64,000 nucleotides of DNA from an uncultured Verrucomicrobiae bacterium (GTDB lineage Bacteria > Verrucomicrobiota > Verrucomicrobiia > Limisphaerales > Palsa-1400). The position numbers and the translations under genes were made by a program. Shown one piece after another: positions 52,751-64,000 of the stretch (position 1 is its first letter; each line of letters begins with the position of its first letter). The notes under the pieces were generated by a model, which was given only the letters and a program-made list of their open reading frames with translations, had not been told where the DNA came from and did no database searches. Where the stretch lies: the NCBI GenBank assembly GCA_963764165.1, contig CAVXRD010000002.1, positions 1,152,001 to 1,216,000 on the forward strand, written 5' to 3'.

Positions 52751-52782
52751 TGCGCCTTTGCCGGTTTCCCAGCAAAGGCGCA
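52751..52782 (-). terminator. Terminator hairpin after rpoC
   Basis: tgcgcctttgc..gcaaaggcgca followed by a T-rich tail on the minus strand. Confidence 0.65.
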
Positions 52783-52803
52783 GCGTGTAATTCTTTGGTT
52801 CGG

Positions 52804-60780
<7,977 letters not shown>

Positions 60781-60936
60781 TTTAACCTTTGGTCAAATTC
60801 TGGCACAAGCCAGGTTCTTGTTAGGCACAAACGACGACAGGACGCGCTCCCGGGCTACCGAAAGCGTGCCTGTTCAAAATTCCTTTATTTGGGACGACGA
60901 TGCTCGTTTTAGAAACCGCTCTCTTTAAAACGGTAA

Positions 60937-60973
60937 GTTAGAGCGGCGAGAGATCAACCCTCGCCGCTCTAAC
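60937..60973 (-). terminator. Attenuator/terminator hairpin between rplL and rpoB
   Basis: gttagagcggcgag..ctcgccgctctaac, 14-bp stem. Confidence 0.6.
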
Positions 60974-60985
60974 ATTAAACCATGT

Positions 60986-61381
60986 TTACTTAATTTCAAC
61001 TTTGGCGCCGGCTTCCTCCAATTTTTTCTTGGCGGCGTCGGCATCTGCCTTGTTCGCGCCTTCCAAAATCGGTTTCGGCGCGCCTTCAACCAACGCCTTC
61101 GCGTCAGCCAGGCCCAGTCCGGCTTTGACTTCGCGCACCACTTTAATGGCGGCGATCTTCTTGTCGGCCGGAACAGAAACCAGGATCACGTCGAAAGCCG
61201 TTTTGGCTTCGGCGGCGGGGGCGGCGGCTCCGCCAGCGGCGGCGCCTCCAGCAGGAGCGGCGGCAGCGGCGGGCGCTGCGGCGGTCACGCCCCAGGTGGT
61301 TTCAAGTTGTTTGACCAAGTCGGCGGCTTCGATAACCGTTAACTTGCCCAATTGTTCTACTAATGCTGCGATATCTGCCAT
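60986..61381 (-). CDS. rplL: 50S ribosomal protein L7/L12
   Basis: Ala-rich hinge, [20 protein letters not shown]. Confidence 0.97.
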   Translation of the reverse strand: MADIAALVEQLGKLTVIEAADLVKQLETTWGVTAAAPAAAAAPAGGAAAGGAAAPAAEAKTAFDVILVSVPADKKIAAIKVVREVKAGLGLADAKALVEGAPKPILEGANKADADAAKKKLEEAGAKVEIK

Positions 61382-61523
61382 ACTTTCCTTTCAGTCTCGT
61401 TGCCATCCGCAGCCGCGGATGAGTTACGCTCACGAGCACGCGAGCCGACGATTTACTTTGCTTTTGCTTTGCTTGTTTTTGTTGAATCCATCCCTGTGAA
61501 ACAGGGATGAAAGTATTTTCCGA

Positions 61524-62036
61524 TTACTCCGCCTTTTCAGACTTCGCCTGGATGACACGCACCAATTGCGTCGCCGGCGTATTGATGATGGCCGCCAATT
61601 TCGTGGCCGGCGCCATGATCACACCGAGAAGCTTCGAGCGCAGGACTTCGATGGAAGGCAAATCTGCCAGCGCAATCACATCCGCGGACTCAAGGCGCTG
61701 ATTCTTCAGATAGCCAAAACGGATTTTCGGCTTGTCGAATTCCGCCGAGAAGGTCTTGACGATCTTGGCGGCGGACGAGACGTCCTTCTGGCCGGTCACG
61801 ACAGCCAATTGGCCAGCCATGGAATTGCCGAGATCGGCCAAACCGGCTTCTTTGACGGCGACGCGGAAAATCGAGTTCTTGACCACGTGCATTTCCGCTC
61901 CCGCCTTGCTCAGGCGTTTGCGCAGCTCGGTGATCGGTCCGACTTTCAAACCGCGGTAATCAACGACGATGAAATACGGCGAGGCGTTGAGCCGGGCGGC
62001 ATATTCCTGATTAATAAATTTTTTCTCTTCGCGCAT
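61524..62036 (-). CDS. rplJ: 50S ribosomal protein L10
   Basis: VDYRGL, VVKNSI, LADLPS. Confidence 0.95.
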   Translation of the reverse strand: MREEKKFINQEYAARLNASPYFIVVDYRGLKVGPITELRKRLSKAGAEMHVVKNSIFRVAVKEAGLADLGNSMAGQLAVVTGQKDVSSAAKIVKTFSAEFDKPKIRFGYLKNQRLESADVIALADLPSIEVLRSKLLGVIMAPATKLAAIINTPATQLVRVIQAKSEKAE

Positions 62037-62052
62037 GGTAATTTCCTTTGGT

Positions 62053-62751
62053 TTAAGCGGCGGCCAGGAATTCGCGGACGTCAACCCGCACCGGCGGGCT
62101 CATCGTGGCGGAAATCGTGCAGGTGTGAATGAAAATGCCCTTGGCGCTGCTCGGCTTGGCCTTGGCCACAGCTTCGATGACCGCCCGCGCATTTTCTTCG
62201 ATCTGCTGCGGCGGGAAGGAAACTTTGCCAATGGCGACGTGGACGTTTCCGCCCTTGTCGACCTTGAATTCAACGCGGCCCGCTTTGACTTCCTTGATCG
62301 CTTTCGCGGTGTCGTCGGTGACGGTGCCAGTTTTCGGATTTGGCATCAAGCCGCGCGGTCCCAGCGCTTTACCGAGTTTGCGGACTTCAGACATGGCTTC
62401 GGGAGTCGCGATGGCGACATCGAAATCAGTCCAGCCAGCATTGCACTTCGCGATCAAATCGTCGAACCCAACGTATTCCGCGCCAGCGGTGCGGGCAGCT
62501 TCGGCTGCGGCGCCGGGCTTGGCGAAGACGAGGACGCGGACGGTTTTTCCGCTGCCGTGAGGCAACGGAACCGTGCCGCGAACCATCTGGTCGGATTGCT
62601 TTGGATCGACTCCCAATTTGAACGCCATATCAACGGTCTCGTTGAACTTGGCTTTGGGAAACTTGGCGAGAACTTCAACCGCCGATTTCAGGGGATAGGC
62701 TTTCTGCCCGGTCACCTGTTCCAGCGCCTTCTTGTATCTTTTGCTAGGCAT
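62053..62751 (-). CDS. rplA: 50S ribosomal protein L1
   Basis: RGTVPLPHG, LGPRGLMPNPKTGTV. Confidence 0.98.
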   Translation of the reverse strand: MPSKRYKKALEQVTGQKAYPLKSAVEVLAKFPKAKFNETVDMAFKLGVDPKQSDQMVRGTVPLPHGSGKTVRVLVFAKPGAAAEAARTAGAEYVGFDDLIAKCNAGWTDFDVAIATPEAMSEVRKLGKALGPRGLMPNPKTGTVTDDTAKAIKEVKAGRVEFKVDKGGNVHVAIGKVSFPPQQIEENARAVIEAVAKAKPSSAKGIFIHTCTISATMSPPVRVDVREFLAAA

Positions 62752-62808
62752 AGTATTAAGCGGTACATGCGAGATCCACCATAGGTGGAAACTCTCCCGC
62801 GTTTGTTG

Positions 62809-63235
62809 TTATTCGACGACTTCGATTCCCATGCTGCGGGCTGTTCCCGCAATCACCCGGAAAGCCGCTTCGTCGGAGGCGGCATTCAAATCCTTGGTCT
62901 TGATCTTGACGATGTCAAAAACCTGCTTCTTGGTCACCTTGCCGACTTTGTCCTTGTTTGGGACTTTGGAGCCGGATGCGATTCCAGCGGCTTTTTTCAG
63001 CAGCACGGAAGCGGGAGGCGACTTGGTAATGAAAGTAAACGATTTATCCTGCAAAAACCGTGATAACCACCGGGATGACCATTCCGGCCTGGTCTTTGGT
63101 CGCGGCATTAAATTCTTTGCAGAACGCCATGATGTTGACGCCTTGCTGGCCCAACGCGGGGCCGACAGGCGGCGCGGGGTTGGCCTGTCCGGCCGGAATC
63201 TGCAATTTGATCTGTCCTGTAATCTTCTTCGCCAT
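62809..63235 (-). CDS. rplK: 50S ribosomal protein L11, with one apparent +1 frameshift near 63053
   Basis: [13 protein letters not shown] in one [24 protein letters not shown] in the next frame. Confidence 0.95.
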
Positions 63236-63256
63236 AAAAATTCGCGCTTGTTAGCT

Positions 63257-63808
63257 TTAAGCTTTCTCCACCTGCCAATACTCCAGTTCAACCGGCGTAT
63301 TGCGTCCGAAAATGTTGACCGTGACTTTGAGCTTGCCCCGCTCCGGCTCGATTTCCTCGATAACGCCGCTGAAATTCAAAAACGGGCCATCGTTGATCTT
63401 GACCGTTTCGCCGACATCGAAATGAACCTTTGGCTTTTCGGTGTCTTCGCTTTCGGAAATCTGCGCCTTGATGGTCGCAATCTCGTCCGGCGTCACCGCA
63501 ATGGGGCGATCTCCGCCCACGATTCCGATCTTGCCCGGCGTATCTTGAATGAAATACCAGGGCTTCTCCAAAATCCGCTTGTCGTCGTCCAACAGCACCA
63601 TGTCAATATAGACATATCCCGGATGCAGCTTGCGGTTGGTCACGGTTTTTTTGCCACCCCTGACATCGACCACTTTTTCCACCGGAACCAGCACCTCTTT
63701 GATGTATTCCGACATCTCTTCGGCTTTGACCCGTTTTTCGATGTTCTCCTTTACCTTGCCCTCCTGCCCGGACAGAGTATGTATGACAAACCACTGGCTT
63801 TTTGGCAT
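63257..63808 (-). CDS. nusG: Transcription factor NusG
   Basis: [19 protein letters not shown] motif [18 protein letters not shown]. Confidence 0.98.
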   Translation of the reverse strand: MPKSQWFVIHTLSGQEGKVKENIEKRVKAEEMSEYIKEVLVPVEKVVDVRGGKKTVTNRKLHPGYVYIDMVLLDDDKRILEKPWYFIQDTPGKIGIVGGDRPIAVTPDEIATIKAQISESEDTEKPKVHFDVGETVKINDGPFLNFSGVIEEIEPERGKLKVTVNIFGRNTPVELEYWQVEKA

Positions 63809-63818
63809 CGCAATATCC

Positions 63819-64000
63819 TCAGACGATCATTTTAATGACCGATGTCACCACGACATCGACAGCGGCGGTGAAGGCTCCCAGAAAAATGACGGAGATAATG
63901 ACCGCGATGGTGGAGCCTTGAAGCTCTTCCCAAGTCGGCCAGGTGCATTTTTTCAATTCCTCGACCATCTCGTTCCAATACGCAGACAGCCGGAGGAAGG
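63819..64000 (-). CDS. secE: Preprotein translocase SecE (5'-partial)
   Basis: Manual translation ..EMVEELKKCTWPTWEELQGSTIAVIISVIFLGAF..; position upstream of nusG. Confidence 0.92.
   Translation of the reverse strand, partial: FLRLSAYWNEMVEELKKCTWPTWEELQGSTIAVIISVIFLGAFTAAVDVVVTSVIKMIV

Overview
GC-rich bacterial window, most consistent with Verrucomicrobiota (Pedosphaera-like; inferred from protein families and gene style). From 1 to 26 kb is an accessory surface/signalling region: a partial CotH/lamin-tail/PA14 secreted protein, two tandem paralogous giant beta-helix surface proteins, and two back-to-back ECF sigma + Ser/Thr kinase modules separated by a repeat-flanked PIN toxin-antitoxin cassette. 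The middle part holds ftsH, rpe, an intact IS4 element inserted into a REP hairpin, an aldehyde dehydrogenase, a FecR-serpin fusion, a SET + ABC-cNMP pair, two more PIN TA pairs, an orphan Mu gp27-like gene, a truncated N6-methyltransferase/GHKL module, rpmI-rplT-pheS (no pheT), and tRNA-fMet. The right end is secE-nusG-rplKAJL-rpoBC, with four single-base insertions in rplK/rpoC that are probably sequencing errors. Best lead: a shared ECF-type promoter (TGAAAC-N16-CT[C/A]TG) upstream of both surface-protein genes and of the kinase, suggesting a kinase-controlled ECF regulon. The second ECF module has an uncharacterised third gene and a kinase lacking the APE glutamate. All calls were made by eye from the sequence and ORF track; no searches were run.
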